A stretch of 49,804 nucleotides of DNA from a virus. Positions 49,176 through 49,804 of this stretch are shown in pieces (the first letter of the stretch is position 1; every line of letters begins with the position of its first letter). A program made the translations under genes and the position numbers. Where the stretch lies: the IMG/VR virus record IMGVR_UViG_3300009285_000012, one strand, 5' to 3'. A model generated the notes under the pieces. That model made no database searches, was not told the DNA's origin, and was given only the letters and a program-made list of their open reading frames with translations.

Positions 49176-49235
49176 ACTAAGCTCCATTTAAGTAAAAGAG
49201 AAGGGCCAGTGATGACCCCTCCCTCGTTAGGTTGA

Positions 49236-49262
49236 TTGCTATGTTAATTAATGATACATAGC
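49236..49262. promoter_or_regulatory. Palindromic-motif copy
   Basis: TTGCTATGTTAATTAATGATACATAGC. Intergenic, about 60 nt upstream of ATG 49175 (minus). Confidence 0.85.
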
Positions 49263-49272
49263 ACCAACTTTG

Positions 49273-49740
49273 TTAGAATTTATCAAACTCTTCACCACTT
49301 GCAGGCCCGGTGATGAACTTGGAGATCTCGTTCTGTTCGCCATAGGCCTCTGATGAGACTATTTTGAGAAGTGCCCATCCCTCAAGACCTACCATAGCAT
49401 TGAAGTTGAGCTCGGACATGCCAAAGGCACGCTTGAAGCAGTCCAGGTCCCACTTGATGGAGTTGACACGTTTGGGCTCCATGTCGGGAGTTGGGACAGA
49501 GAAGACTCGACTCAGGCCTTTGGAGAACTCTTCGTCAGGGATATCGAAGGTAACTATGAAATACTTGTTGCCCTTATCAGACATGCGAACAATCTTGCCA
49601 TTAGTGTCCTTGCGGAAGCCAGTAATTCGGACTTTGTACTCGCCTGCTTCTACACAAGTAGGTTCCTTGGAGTCAGAGGTGTCGATGTCCAGGATGGATT
49701 CGGTGTCTTCGTTGCTCAGGTCGTCGATGAAATCAGTCAT
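49273..49740 (-). CDS. ssDNA-binding protein candidate (T7 gp2.5-like)
   Basis: 155 aa. ATG 49740 with AGGAG SD. Acidic C-terminal tail ending in Phe (GEEFDKF). Sits in the ATPase/nuclease module. Family assignment is weak. Confidence 0.4.
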   Translation of the reverse strand: MTDFIDDLSNEDTESILDIDTSDSKEPTCVEAGEYKVRITGFRKDTNGKIVRMSDKGNKYFIVTFDIPDEEFSKGLSRVFSVPTPDMEPKRVNSIKWDLDCFKRAFGMSELNFNAMVGLEGWALLKIVSSEAYGEQNEISKFITGPASGEEFDKF

Positions 49741-49804
49741 TTTGGTGCTCCTAGTTGGGTTGATTGGTGGGGCGTTAGATTTGATTGAAGAGCTCAAGGG
49801 CTCC
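49728..49804. repeat. Terminal overlap, identical to 1..77
   Basis: Exact 77-nt identity with the window start. Confidence 0.9.

Noticed and set aside
3310-49262. Reading the palindromic motif as an ordinary sigma70 promoter (TTGCTA as -35)
   Set aside because: With TTGCTA as -35, a 17-nt spacer lands on TAG(G/C)AA, which lacks the invariant final T. The internal TATCAT and TAACAT hexamers have no conserved -35 at the right spacing. Genuine TTGACA-17-TAAACT type promoters exist elsewhere in the genome.
1-49804. tRNA genes, CRISPR arrays, integrase/attP, lysogeny repressor
   Set aside because: None was recognisable by eye in the intergenic regions or ORF translations. tRNAscan or profile searches would be needed to exclude them formally.

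Overview
The window is one complete, circularly closed tailed-phage genome. The first 77 nt (1-77) are identical to the last 77 nt (49728-49804), so the unique length is about 49,727 bp.

The genes form two arms:
- **Minus-strand early/replication arm.** It starts at a divergent control region near 11.84 kb, runs down to 1, wraps through the overlap and continues from 49.8 to 38.5 kb. It carries a P-loop ATPase, a Cas4-like nuclease, an ATP-dependent ligase, a gp2.5-like SSB candidate, a SleB-like hydrolase, ThyX, a ParB-HTH-methyltransferase fusion, a DnaQ-like exonuclease, a UDG-domain::PolA polymerase, dCMP deaminase and a helicase-like protein. It also holds many tiny ORFs, often with CxxC pairs.
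- **Plus-strand arm (12.42-38.49 kb).** It carries an HTH protein, a membrane/lipoprotein island, TerL, portal, a scaffold-like protein, major capsid, tail/receptor-binding genes and giant internal (ejection) proteins with an SLT domain. There is no tape measure or sheath, so the virion looks podovirus-like.

I saw no integrase, tRNA, CRISPR array or recognisable RNA polymerase.

Main second-look items:
1. Fifteen dispersed copies of a 25-29 bp quasi-palindrome, (TT)GCTATGT-N11-ACATAGC(AA). They sit in almost every intergenic gap on both arms, and three more lie inside CDSs. The ParB-HTH-MTase, two RHH-like proteins and an HTH protein are candidate cognate factors.
2. An exact 77-nt tandem duplication splits an otherwise continuous ~1,735-aa SLT ejection-protein ORF. 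Its length equals the terminal overlap.
3. A canonical CCCTTTT -1 frameshift heptamer sits at an ORF overlap in the internal-virion module.
4. A GC-rich promoter-ORF-terminator (moron-like) cassette.
5. An AT-rich, iteron-like region with a C10 tract, next to a GC-rich palindrome-dense spacer in the divergent control region.
6. Five tightly coupled micro-ORFs that the >=60-aa track misses, including a Lys/Met-rich 44-aa peptide after the capsid gene.

All calls come from reading the sequence and ORF translations by eye. No searches were run, so family names rest on recognised motifs only.
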